The notes under the pieces are model-generated. The model was not told the DNA's origin, did no database searches, and saw only the letters and a program-made list of their open reading frames with translations. DNA of 63,840 nucleotides, counting the filler, from an uncultured Methanosarcinales archaeon (GTDB lineage: Archaea > Nanobdellota > Nanobdellia > Woesearchaeales > CAYSVS01): assembly GCA_964434475.1 (NCBI GenBank). It is 8 parts of 8 records of this genome, joined end to end, with 100 filler letters (N's around TTAATTAATTAA, not from the genome) between each part and the next. Parts side by side here need not be neighbours in the genome. Positions count along the whole stretch, not along the records: positions 17,923 to 26,664 come from CAYSVS010000055.1; positions 26,765 to 34,886 come from CAYSVS010000056.1; 6 more parts are not named here. One strand, given 5' to 3'. The translations under genes and the position numbers were made by a program. Shown here piece by piece: positions 19,356 to 28,583 of this stretch. How positions within the stretch are numbered: position 1 is the stretch's first letter; every line of letters begins with the position of its first letter.

Positions 19356-19604
19356 CTATCCTAAGCATATACCCAATACAGTGAATAATTTAACAGCCAA
19401 AAGAGAAATAGACCAAATAAAAATAAAAAGAGAGAATATAACTATAAAGCTATCCTTAAAATTAAGTTGGATAATTTTTTTCTCTAATTTTAAAAATAAT
19501 ATTATTAGGATAATATAGAAAATTAGCAATAGTGGAATTAAATGTAATATGAAACAATTCATTGTATCTGGAGTAAAACAAATAGCAGCTTCGTCTAATA
19601 TCAT
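19356..19604 (-). CDS. Small membrane protein
   Basis: Two hydrophobic segments; tightly packed in the operon. Confidence 0.55.
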   Translation of the reverse strand: MILDEAAICFTPDTMNCFILHLIPLLLIFYIILIILFLKLEKKIIQLNFKDSFIVIFSLFIFIWSISLLAVKLFTVLGICLG

Positions 19605-19607
19605 TTT

Positions 19608-19856
19608 TTACTTTTTAGAAATCTTTCCTAATTTCTTATAAATAGCAATACCTGCAAAAATCACTAAGGGTATTGCAATTGGCCAGGCTAAAATGAATAA
19701 ACATATGATTATAGGCATTATTGCAATTGAACCACCTATTATAGTAATCAATATTACTATAGTCAAAAAAATTCTTCCTACTTTTTTGTCTGCTGAATCT
19801 TTACTATGACTTTCAGGAACTTCTGCTGAAATACCTTGAGGTGCATAATCATCCAT
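19608..19856 (-). CDS. Small membrane protein
   Basis: Two hydrophobic segments; GAGGTGA RBS; overlaps upstream stop. Confidence 0.7.
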   Translation of the reverse strand: MDDYAPQGISAEVPESHSKDSADKKVGRIFLTIVILITIIGGSIAIMPIIICLFILAWPIAIPLVIFAGIAIYKKLGKISKK

Positions 19857-20376
19857 TTAATTTCACCTCAAATAAATGATTAACATACTTATAGAATGCT
19901 AATATCAATGCTGTAAATAATGGTACTGCATATATTGCTTCAAGCGGAACTGTTGTTAGTGGAATCGTAAATCCAGTCATTGTTTCAGTAAGAATTGGCG
20001 CATACTTTCTTATGCCTGTCTCTAATAACATCATTTCTAAAGGGACTGTTATTGCTTCGCTAAATAGAAGATACAACCAGAATCTTTTTCTTTCTGGTAG
20101 GTGGTAGAATGCATAATCTACTATCAATATAGAGACCATAAATATATTAACCCACCCAAGTGTGATTATCCATGTTATATCCTTATACAGATATGCCCAA
20201 GAGTCAAATCCTATATTTATCCACATAGACTCACTCATCAATTCAAAAAGCAAAACTCCCACAAATAAGATTATCAATTTACGAAGTATATTTTTGTGAC
20301 CTTTCTTTTTCATAAAGACGTATATGCCTACTGTAAAGAGAATGATAAAGATTTCGAGAAATAAGGCAAAACTCAT
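19849..20376 (-). CDS. Membrane protein, paralogue of 20373-20915; remote lycopene-cyclase/CruF-like motifs
   Basis: LLFE...W...WAYLYKDITWIITLGW; LE...GIRKY; VPLEAIY. Confidence 0.7.
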   Translation of the reverse strand: MSFALFLEIFIILFTVGIYVFMKKKGHKNILRKLIILFVGVLLFELMSESMWINIGFDSWAYLYKDITWIITLGWVNIFMVSILIVDYAFYHLPERKRFWLYLLFSEAITVPLEMMLLETGIRKYAPILTETMTGFTIPLTTVPLEAIYAVPLFTALILAFYKYVNHLFEVKLNG

Positions 20377-20915
20377 TTCTTTTTACCTCTATTTGATTTT
20401 AGCTTTTGTTTTGTTTTTTCATCAAAACAAATTTCCCAATATCTAACAAAAGATACCATTAATGCCATAAAAACAGGGATATAATATAAAGCTTCGATTG
20501 GCACTTTACCATAACCAAGCATTATGCCAGACAATGATTGTTTAACTGCTTCTGGGTAGAATCTTATTTCAAGACCAACTACAACCCATTCAGCAAAAAA
20601 TCCTATTATTCCTATGAAAATAACCGAAATAACATATCTAAACCTTTCTGTAAGGTTTGGTAAATAAAGATTAATTAGTTCCATACAAACAGTAATTATT
20701 CCAGCCCAACCAATAGTAAGAATCCAATTGATATCTAGATACAAATATGACCATGGCTCTAGATTATGATTTAACCACAATGCTTGGGTAAAATATTCAA
20801 AAAGTAATACAGCAACAAAAGCTAAGCCAAATCTTCTTAATACTTTGTTATTTAACTTATAAAGAATAAGTAAAAATAATGCTACTAAAGAAATGATCGA
20901 TATCTCAAATATCAT
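20373..20915 (-). CDS. Membrane protein, paralogue of 19849-20376; remote lycopene-cyclase/CruF-like motifs
   Basis: LLFE...W...WSYLYLDINWILTIGW; AEW...EIRFY; KVPIEALY. Confidence 0.7.
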   Translation of the reverse strand: MIFEISIISLVALFLLILYKLNNKVLRRFGLAFVAVLLFEYFTQALWLNHNLEPWSYLYLDINWILTIGWAGIITVCMELINLYLPNLTERFRYVISVIFIGIIGFFAEWVVVGLEIRFYPEAVKQSLSGIMLGYGKVPIEALYYIPVFMALMVSFVRYWEICFDEKTKQKLKSNRGKKK

Positions 20916-20967
20916 ATTACTTATAATTTGCTAATATTTATATATAAATGTTTGGTTTTTAAATGCT

Positions 20968-23361
20968 ATGGTGAAGTTAGCATATAACAGAATAGGAAAT
21001 AAGGCAAAAAATTTATTATTACTTAGGAATTCTTACAACGTTCCAGCTTTTTTCACTATTTCATCTGATAATATACATAATATTCTAAAAAAAATAGGAG
21101 TTACAAAAAATGATTTAGATAAGGCTTTTGAAAGCGATCCTAAAAATAGAAAATTTATAAGAGATATGATTAGCAAAAATAAGATAAATCTGAATTTTCC
21201 AAACTTAAGGCAATTAGGTAAGAAACTAATTATCCGTTCATCTGCTTTAGGAGAAGATGGAAAAAAGTATAGTTTTGCAGGGATATATGAATCAAAAATT
21301 ACAGAAAACTTTAACCAATTTGAAGAAGATTTCAAGTATGTCTTAAGTTCTGCATTTTCAGAAAGAGTGTGGCATTACTGCAAACAGATTGGGATGCAAA
21401 CTTTCCCTGAGATTTCCTTAATAGTCCAAGATTATATTGATCCAGAATATTCAGGCATTACCTTTACTCAAACTAAATATGATAATAAAAAAGGTATGCT
21501 AATAAATGCAGTTAAGGGAAGTGGGGAAAATGCTGTTCTAGGAAAGGGTATTTTAGAAATATTCATTCATAATAATAAGATTCCAAGAAGCAAAATACCT
21601 AATAAAATCTTAGTTGAAGTTGCTAAGAGTTCCAGACAAATAGAATCCTACTTTAATAAACCTCGGGATATAGAATGGTGTTATGCAGATGATAAGCTAT
21701 GGGTATTACAATCAAGAGCAATAACAAAGAATGTGCATGAACAAATCAATGTATGGGATAATTCTAATATTGCTGAAAGTTATAGTGGGATTGTATTGCC
21801 ATTGACATGCTCTTTTGCTCAGTTTATCTATACGCAAGTATATAGAAATTTAGCAAGAACATCGAATATAAGCCCTAACAAAATTGAAAAATACTCTGAT
21901 GTATTTGAGAATCTGCTTGGATTTTTTTATGGTAGATTTTATTATAATATCCTAAATTGGTATAAGATGCTTACTCTATTCCCTGGTTATGAAAGAAATA
22001 AGAAAAATCTAGATATGATGATTTCAGCAAAAAACAGGACTAAATTGAATAAAGAACATTATCTAAATGTAAATTTTAGTGATAAGCTTCGTTATTACCC
22101 TTACATTCTTTATAGAATCTTTAGATTTGAAAAAGACATTAAACAATTTAAAAATCATGTGAAAAACTATCTGGAACATGTTAAAGAGAATCAGTTTGAG
22201 CAAGCTGAATTAAAAGAATTATGGGGATGGTTTAAAGATTTTCAGGAAAACCTACTTAAAAAATGGAGCATCACAGTTGATAATGACTTTTTAGCCATGA
22301 CCTGGTTTGGTTTTTTTAAAAAATATTCTAAGAAATATGGGCTGAATGAGAGCCAAATTTTATCTCAGATTACTTCAATTAAATCTTTGGTTAGTGCTCA
22401 ACAAGTAAAAGCTCTTAAAGAATTATCAGACGAATTTCATAAGAATAAGAAACTAATAGACATTGCCAAATCTTCTAAATGGGACTTATGTTATAAAGAG
22501 ATGATGAAAGATACTAATTTGAATAATATGATTACAGACTATTTAAAAATATACGGTGGAAGATTTGCAAATGAACTTAAGCTGGAAGCAAAAGACCTTG
22601 ATTCTGATCCTGAATTTTTCCCTCAATTACTATATCAATATAAAACAAATAATAAGAAAATGATTTTTAATGAAGAAAAAATAAATCTTCCCTTTTTCAA
22701 CCGTTTTTTACTGAATATTCTCTCAAAGAAATCAAAGCACTATTTAAAACATAGAGAAGAATTAAGGTTATTAAGATCTCAGACATTCAGTTATACGAGA
22801 AGATTATTTATTGCTATTGGAAAAATATTTGAAAAAAGGAGAAAGATAGATAATTTTAATGATATTTTTTATTTGAAATTAGATGAAATCGAAACTGCTA
22901 TCAAAGAGAAGAATACGAAATTCAGGAGAATAATACTTAAGAGAAAAGAAGAGTATGCAGAATATAAAAATATTGAATTAGACAATGTGTTAGTTACTAG
23001 AGGCGAAGAAATGCCAAAACCAAAGCATTTTAAGAAAATAAATGCTTCAAATAAATTAAAAGGCATTGGATGTTCATTAGGTTCTGTATCTGGAAAAATA
23101 ACAATTATGCATGAATTCAGATTACCTAAAAAACATTTAGAAATTGTTGTTGTTAAACATACAGATCCAGGATGGACCCCTTTATTTGGGATATGTAAAG
23201 GACTGATTGTGGAAAATGGAGGTTTATTATCTCATGCTGCTATAATTTCAAGAGAATTAAATCTTCCTTGCATAATCGGAGTTGAAAATGCAACAAAATT
23301 ATTAAAAGATGGAAGGTATATCACTATGGATGGTAGTACTGGAGAAATAAACATTGAATGA
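20968..23361 (+). CDS. PEP-synthase-related phosphotransferase with rifampin-phosphotransferase-like architecture
   Basis: ATP-grasp RSSALGED..SFAG, DIEW, LQSRAIT; middle domain WDNSNIAESY; His swivel TDPGWTPLF...GGLLSHAAIISRE. Confidence 0.9.
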   Translation: MVKLAYNRIGNKAKNLLLLRNSYNVPAFFTISSDNIHNILKKIGVTKNDLDKAFESDPKNRKFIRDMISKNKINLNFPNLRQLGKKLIIRSSALGEDGKKYSFAGIYESKITENFNQFEEDFKYVLSSAFSERVWHYCKQIGMQTFPEISLIVQDYIDPEYSGITFTQTKYDNKKGMLINAVKGSGENAVLGKGILEIFIHNNKIPRSKIPNKILVEVAKSSRQIESYFNKPRDIEWCYADDKLWVLQSRAITKNVHEQINVWDNSNIAESYSGIVLPLTCSFAQFIYTQVYRNLARTSNISPNKIEKYSDVFENLLGFFYGRFYYNILNWYKMLTLFPGYERNKKNLDMMISAKNRTKLNKEHYLNVNFSDKLRYYPYILYRIFRFEKDIKQFKNHVKNYLEHVKENQFEQAELKELWGWFKDFQENLLKKWSITVDNDFLAMTWFGFFKKYSKKYGLNESQILSQITSIKSLVSAQQVKALKELSDEFHKNKKLIDIAKSSKWDLCYKEMMKDTNLNNMITDYLKIYGGRFANELKLEAKDLDSDPEFFPQLLYQYKTNNKKMIFNEEKINLPFFNRFLLNILSKKSKHYLKHREELRLLRSQTFSYTRRLFIAIGKIFEKRRKIDNFNDIFYLKLDEIETAIKEKNTKFRRIILKRKEEYAEYKNIELDNVLVTRGEEMPKPKHFKKINASNKLKGIGCSLGSVSGKITIMHEFRLPKKHLEIVVVKHTDPGWTPLFGICKGLIVENGGLLSHAAIISRELNLPCIIGVENATKLLKDGRYITMDGSTGEINIE

Positions 23362-24368
23362 AAATGGAAATAATAGGATATGAGCATGAAAAAAAGAGAA
23401 TTGAAGAGTATATTGGTTTTTTAAGAATTCATTATTCTCAAGATTTAAGGATTTCTAATCAATTAAAAAGGATCAAGAACTTGTTAGATAAAGATAATCC
23501 TTTTTTTGAATATGGAGATATCAAGAATTTTCTTGTTAAAGAGGATGAAAAGACACTAGGCCATTGTTCAGCAATTATAGACAAAAGAAATAAAGATATT
23601 GGATTAATTGGATTTTATGATTGTGTAAAAAATCAAAAAGTAAGCCATTTGTTATTAGATAAATGCATAAATTGGTTGAAAACGAAAGGGTGTTCAAAAA
23701 TTAGAGGTCCTGTAAACCTAACAATATGGTGTGATTATAGATTTATATCTAAATGCAAAAGAAAGCCAGATTTATTTGATCCTTTTAGTAAAGATTATTA
23801 TATCGACTTTTGGAAGAAAAAGGGATTTACAAATGCAGGAAAATATGTTTCTGCTGTAAGACAAGACTTTAATTATGTTATTCCTTATACAAAGGAAGCT
23901 TATGAAAATTTATCTGAACAGGGATTCAAATTAAGAAAATTCAATAATGATTCGGATGATCTAAAATTAATCTTAGATTTAGCGAATAAGATATTTGCTC
24001 AAAGCTGGAATTTTGTTCCGTTGTCTTATGAAGAATTTAGATTTCTTTATGAAGATATTATCAATAATGTTGATCTGTCATTTATTGAAATTGCAGAAGA
24101 TAAAGATGGAAAACCTGTTGGTTTTTGTTTTACTTTACCGCACCCTTACAATAAGGAACAGATAATTCTTAAGACAATCGGGGTTTTACCTTATTTGAGA
24201 AAACAAAATATAGCAGGAGCTTTGCTTTATTCTCAGCATACTAAAGCAAAAAAAGAAGGATTTAGGGAATTTTATTATCCATTGATCAGAGTTGGTAATG
24301 ATGTAACCAAATTTCCTTATGAAGGATATGAACTAATAACAGAATATGAAGTTTTTGAACTTAGTTAA
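23358..24368 (+). CDS. GNAT-fold N-acyltransferase (YghO-like, two GNAT lobes)
   Basis: GLIGFYDC, KIRGPVN, SWNFVP, KTIGVLPYLRKQNIAGAL; ATGA overlap with the kinase. Confidence 0.8.
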   Translation: MKMEIIGYEHEKKRIEEYIGFLRIHYSQDLRISNQLKRIKNLLDKDNPFFEYGDIKNFLVKEDEKTLGHCSAIIDKRNKDIGLIGFYDCVKNQKVSHLLLDKCINWLKTKGCSKIRGPVNLTIWCDYRFISKCKRKPDLFDPFSKDYYIDFWKKKGFTNAGKYVSAVRQDFNYVIPYTKEAYENLSEQGFKLRKFNNDSDDLKLILDLANKIFAQSWNFVPLSYEEFRFLYEDIINNVDLSFIEIAEDKDGKPVGFCFTLPHPYNKEQIILKTIGVLPYLRKQNIAGALLYSQHTKAKKEGFREFYYPLIRVGNDVTKFPYEGYELITEYEVFELS

Positions 24369-26046
24369 GGTATATATTTTCTCCAGATTTCACTCTATTT
24401 AATAAGCATGATGGAACAAGCTTATTATCATATAGCATTGCATCGGGACAGCTATTACAAATATTCCATGAATCTTCAATCTTATCAGGAGCATCTATTA
24501 AAAGAACAACTTGTGAATTAATATAATCTCCATTGTATCTTTTTGCATTTTTGAGTATCGCTCTCACAGATTTATTGGTAAATGCAGGCAATAATTTTGA
24601 TATTTTGATGGGCTTATTCTTGATTGTGATAAAATGCTTATTTTTCTTTTTATAATATCTTTGCTGTATAGATTTGTAAATATCTTTGTCAAAAGATCCT
24701 AGATAATTTCCGTTTTTATAAGCAGACAAAGAAAAAAGCCATGAAATATCCTTTGATTTATTTTTGCCAAGATATGCGCAATAAGATAACCCAAATGCAT
24801 CTTTGACAGCTGAACTAGCTTCTTCCATGGTTAATGCTAACTCTTTATCCAGTGTTTTGTTAGGGAGCATTTCCTTTATTGTGGTAAATACAACCAAATT
24901 AATAATATCTGAATTTTTCTTATAAAAATCTGCTAAGATGGGCAAATCTACAATGTTCTTTTTAGAAAGAGGCATGATGAAACCAAGATTTACTCCTCCG
25001 ATCTTCCTGAATAATTCACAATATTTCTTTCTTATATTATTCATTTCCTTTTCTGATTCAGAATTCCTTTGATATTTGTCAATATGAATAATAAATTCTG
25101 TTGCTCCGTATTTTTTCAAATTTCTTAATCTTTCTTCATTTAGTGCTACAGCATTCGTATATATTTTTGTTTTCAGGTTTTTTGAACTGATATAGCTTAT
25201 TAGTTTTTCAATATGGGGATATAGTAAAGGTTCTCCGCCTGCTAATGATATTGACTGCACGTTTCTGTTATCAATAAACCAATCAACCTGTTTTTTTAGA
25301 TTTTGTAAGTCTTCATGTTTGTTTTTATGGCTTTTTTCTGCTAATCCTCTGTAACATCCAGGACATTTAAATTGACAGAATGTTGTTGGTTCAATCCATC
25401 CATTTGGATTATTGTAAATAGACCAGTTTAATTCAAATAAATTGTCTTTATTTAATAAAGGTTGATTGATAATTATATCATAAGTTTCATCTGCTAAAGG
25501 CTGAAGATCTTCTGGAAAAGATGAATGCCTAAATGGTTTTTTGAATCCAATATTAACATGAGGATTATTATAGGCAATATTAACAGGGAAAATTAAGCTG
25601 TTTTTTACTTCTCTATTTAGATAATTAGCTCCTACTTTTACTTTATACTTCTTATTTTCTTGCTCAAGTTTTCCTGATGGAAATATAAATATTGTTTCTC
25701 CTTTGTTTAAAAGTAGCTTTGATTTCTCAAGAACTGATTTTCCGTCATTTTGTTTTGTAGATATACACCCATAAAGCAATAAAAAAGGTTTTAATAGAAT
25801 ATTCTTCATGTATTTTTCTGCTGTTATAAATCTTAAAGGTATTAGTTTGATGAAGTTTTTTAATGGAATGGAATATGATATCAAGAATGGATCGATCTTC
25901 TTAGGATGGTTGGCAATAATTATGTGAGTTTTGTTTTTTTCTAGTTTAAAATCAATGTTTGTATTAACTTGGAAAATTATTTTTAAAGGTATTCCTATTA
26001 AAAAATAGGTTAAAAATTGCCAGAACATTACTATTATATTTTTCAT
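24361..26046 (-). CDS. Fusion of a PlsC-type lysophospholipid acyltransferase and a radical SAM domain
   Basis: N-half ANHPKKIDP and IFPSG; C-half CQFKCPGC, GGEPLL, CNSCPD...PSC. Confidence 0.88.
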   Translation of the reverse strand: MKNIIVMFWQFLTYFLIGIPLKIIFQVNTNIDFKLEKNKTHIIIANHPKKIDPFLISYSIPLKNFIKLIPLRFITAEKYMKNILLKPFLLLYGCISTKQNDGKSVLEKSKLLLNKGETIFIFPSGKLEQENKKYKVKVGANYLNREVKNSLIFPVNIAYNNPHVNIGFKKPFRHSSFPEDLQPLADETYDIIINQPLLNKDNLFELNWSIYNNPNGWIEPTTFCQFKCPGCYRGLAEKSHKNKHEDLQNLKKQVDWFIDNRNVQSISLAGGEPLLYPHIEKLISYISSKNLKTKIYTNAVALNEERLRNLKKYGATEFIIHIDKYQRNSESEKEMNNIRKKYCELFRKIGGVNLGFIMPLSKKNIVDLPILADFYKKNSDIINLVVFTTIKEMLPNKTLDKELALTMEEASSAVKDAFGLSYCAYLGKNKSKDISWLFSLSAYKNGNYLGSFDKDIYKSIQQRYYKKKNKHFITIKNKPIKISKLLPAFTNKSVRAILKNAKRYNGDYINSQVVLLIDAPDKIEDSWNICNSCPDAMLYDNKLVPSCLLNRVKSGENIYLN

Positions 26047-26067
26047 ATGGTGAATAACCTCTCATTA

Positions 26068-26388
26068 CTATTTAAATATATTTACTAAAATTAAAATTAT
26101 ATCTGAGCCGACATAAAATAAAATGGCATTAATTTGAAAGTAAATACTTGAAATTTTATTTTTTAAAAAATAAATCATTATTAGTGATATTAAACAAACA
26201 ATGAAAAAAGTGAAAGATATAATATAAAAAAGATAACCTACATTTAATAAAAATAAAATCCATAATAAAAATAAGAATGCTAATATAATAATTAGAGAAT
26301 ATATTATACATGATTTTTTTAAACCAAATCTAACAGAATATGTGTCGTTTCCTTGAGTTTCTTCTCTAGTAACTTTAATTTTCCGATT
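26068..26388 (-). CDS. C-terminal fragment of a UbiA-prenyltransferase-like membrane protein (5' part lost at chimeric junction)
   Basis: RKIKVTREETQGNDTYSVRFG followed by TM helices; upstream sequence switches abruptly to high GC. Confidence 0.55.
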   Translation of the reverse strand, partial: NRKIKVTREETQGNDTYSVRFGLKKSCIIYSLIIILAFLFLLWILFLLNVGYLFYIISFTFFIVCLISLIMIYFLKNKISSIYFQINAILFYVGSDIILILVNIFK

Positions 26389-26664
26389 CTGGTCGCCTAC
26401 CCACAGCAAGACACCTTCGTCTGTATGAACCCGCTCAACCCCGACTCCGACGGCGACGGCCTGCTCGACGGCGTCGAGGACCTCAACCACGACGGCATCT
26501 TCGACTTCGAGCCGGGTGATTTCGACCACGCGGGCCAGGGGCCCATCCCCGGCCCGGCGCAGGACAACCCCGAGGAGACCAACCCCTGCGACCCCGACAC
26601 CGACGACGACGGGCTCACGGACTTCGACGAGCGCAACCAGCCCAACCCGCCGGCGGGCACGACC
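26389..26664 (+). other. High-GC foreign fragment encoding Ca-binding DxDxDG(L)xD repeats
   Basis: DSDGDGLLDGVED, DTDDDGLTDFDE; third positions almost all G/C, unlike the rest of the window. Confidence 0.8.
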
Positions 26665-26764
26665 NNNNNNNNNNNNNNNNNNNNNNNNNNNNNNNNNNNN
26701 NNNNNNNNTTAATTAATTAANNNNNNNNNNNNNNNNNNNNNNNNNNNNNNNNNNNNNNNNNNNN

Positions 26765-26998
26765 TGTCTCATTTAGTTCTGTTTTATTTTCCACGTATGT
26801 AATATTTGTTTCATTCAAGTCAATGCTTTCATTCATCCAAGTATCATTGATCATATCAACAATTGTCTCATTCATTATTCCTGCGTTGTAGCTTGCATTT
26901 GTCTCATTGAAAGCGAATGCAAATCCTGAAGCTAGAGCAAGCATCATCAATAATGCAAAAATCATCTGCACGTTCCTTTTTTTAGTCGCGTGCATCAT
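26765..26998 (-). CDS. N-terminus of a secreted glycoprotein (truncated by contig end)
   Basis: Signal peptide followed by many N-x-T/S sequons. Confidence 0.7.
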
Positions 26999-27543
26999 TT
27001 TTCCAGCTTCCTCCTTGATCTATCGTATACTGTCCAGATTGTTCTTGGATCTCTGTTCAACAATTTTGCGATGTCTGTAAGACTAAGTTCAAGAACATCT
27101 TTCAGGTGTTTAACGATGGTTTCTAATACACTCAGTCTTTTGTCAGAAAATATTTCAAGCGGCAAAAATTGTTGAGAATTTGTGTCTAATTTTTCAGGAT
27201 ATTTTTGTGTGGCTTTCTTATAAGTTATAGAAATAGGAATAGGATTTCTGTAGAGTAATTTTGCAATTTCGGTGAATTTTAGCTTATGCTCGTCGCGAAG
27301 GTACTTAACCATGCTTTCTAGGGCACTTAATTTGTCGCTGAAAATAGACAAAGGTATTGATTTTTTTTGCTTTGTTTTTTCTCTTTTGTCCAGCAACTCT
27401 AATATTTTATTTTTATCAATATTATGCTTTTCTTTAAGTTTTAAAAACAAATTTTCTATAGAATCAAGAGCATTGTAAATATCTAAATTGTATTCTTTAT
27501 TATATTGATTACTATGTTCTTTTTTTTTCTTGTTACTGACCAC
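26995..27543 (-). CDS. Tandem-duplicated HTH DNA-binding protein
   Basis: Two copies of PLxIFSDKxLSxLExxVKxLxD...LxxTxIAKLLxRxP. Confidence 0.85.
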   Translation of the reverse strand: MVSNKKKKEHSNQYNKEYNLDIYNALDSIENLFLKLKEKHNIDKNKILELLDKREKTKQKKSIPLSIFSDKLSALESMVKYLRDEHKLKFTEIAKLLYRNPIPISITYKKATQKYPEKLDTNSQQFLPLEIFSDKRLSVLETIVKHLKDVLELSLTDIAKLLNRDPRTIWTVYDRSRRKLEK

Positions 27544-27564
27544 TTAATTAAACACCTGAAAATA

Positions 27565-27797
27565 TATATTATGTAAGTAATAAATGATATTTAAATGTTT
27601 TTATTATATATTATGTAAGGTGTTGTTTCTGTGTTTTATTGATGTTTATTTTTAAGAACGAAAGAAATAGCTCAAATTATGTTCTCTCAGGTTACTTTGC
27701 CCATAATTTTCCTTTTCATTATGTCTTTTTGATTCATTATTTATATTATGTAAGTATAATTCATATATAAATGTTTCTTTTTATTATATTATGTAAG
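27565..27797. promoter_or_regulatory. Four direct repeats TATATTATGTAAG (27565, 27607, 27742, 27785); putative operator
   Basis: Two pairs spaced 42 and 43 bp, each bracketing a minus-strand TATA-like box. Confidence 0.7.
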
Positions 27798-27892
27798 TAG
27801 AATTCAATTGCCAATCTACAAAAACAAAACATTTATATATGGGTATACCTAATACTATACTGAAATATATAAATGGGGTAGAGGTACAAAAA

Positions 27893-28099
27893 ATGAAAAA
27901 AATTTCACTAATATTGGTATTACTGGTAATAGTTGCTTTGCCTTTTGTTTTTGCAAACAATGGAGCACAATTACTAGAAGAAAAAGGCTATAGCGCTAAG
28001 ATAAGCGAAGATACAGAATTATTTCTTGATCCAGAAAACAGTTGCTTGGAAGATTCATGTGAATTGACAAGATCAGGAAATGTTATACAATTCAGCTAA
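27893..28099 (+). CDS. Small secreted protein
   Basis: GAGGT RBS before MKKIS; signal peptide. Confidence 0.6.
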   Translation: MKKISLILVLLVIVALPFVFANNGAQLLEEKGYSAKISEDTELFLDPENSCLEDSCELTRSGNVIQFS

Positions 28100-28550
28100 A
28101 AATATTTTTTAATTTTCTTGCTATAGTCATCTTATATTCTACTTTTATTACTCCTGTATAAACTCCTTCATCTATTCCTTTTGGTATTATTGCTGTGATC
28201 TCTAATTTTTTTGGCTCAGTTATCACAAATTTGTCCTCTTCTATGTCGATAAATTGCTTTATTTCTCCAGAAGATCCTACATAGACTATAGCAGGCTGTG
28301 CTTTGCCTATATCGAGTTCAATAAATTTTTTGACCCTTAATCCTGAAGATACAATGCCGAAATCCAGTATGTCTGTCTGTTTATTTTCAACATTCATGAA
28401 ATCTTCTTTAATTTCTATCTTTGCAGGAAACTCAAAACTTTTTATAGTCTTATATGGAATAAATAGCATAAATATTGCGATAATCACTATACTGACAATC
28501 ATAAGATACACTAACTGTTCCCTGTTAAAAACTGGCTCTTTCCAACCCAT
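28092..28550 (-). CDS. Membrane-anchored Ig-like hypothetical protein
   Basis: N-terminal TM; LDFGIV...GVYTG beta-sandwich pattern. Confidence 0.75.
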   Translation of the reverse strand: MGWKEPVFNREQLVYLMIVSIVIIAIFMLFIPYKTIKSFEFPAKIEIKEDFMNVENKQTDILDFGIVSSGLRVKKFIELDIGKAQPAIVYVGSSGEIKQFIDIEEDKFVITEPKKLEITAIIPKGIDEGVYTGVIKVEYKMTIARKLKNIFS

Positions 28551-28583
28551 GTTAAATATGTTAGAATATGCCTTATTTAAACT

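Noticed and set aside
20968..23361. Calling it ppsA or a true rifampin-resistance gene
   Set aside because: It lacks the C-terminal pyruvate-binding barrel of PpsA; architecture alone does not establish rifampin as the substrate
26068..26529. 153-aa minus-strand ORF as a full gene
   Set aside because: Its N-terminal part is antisense of the foreign high-GC fragment
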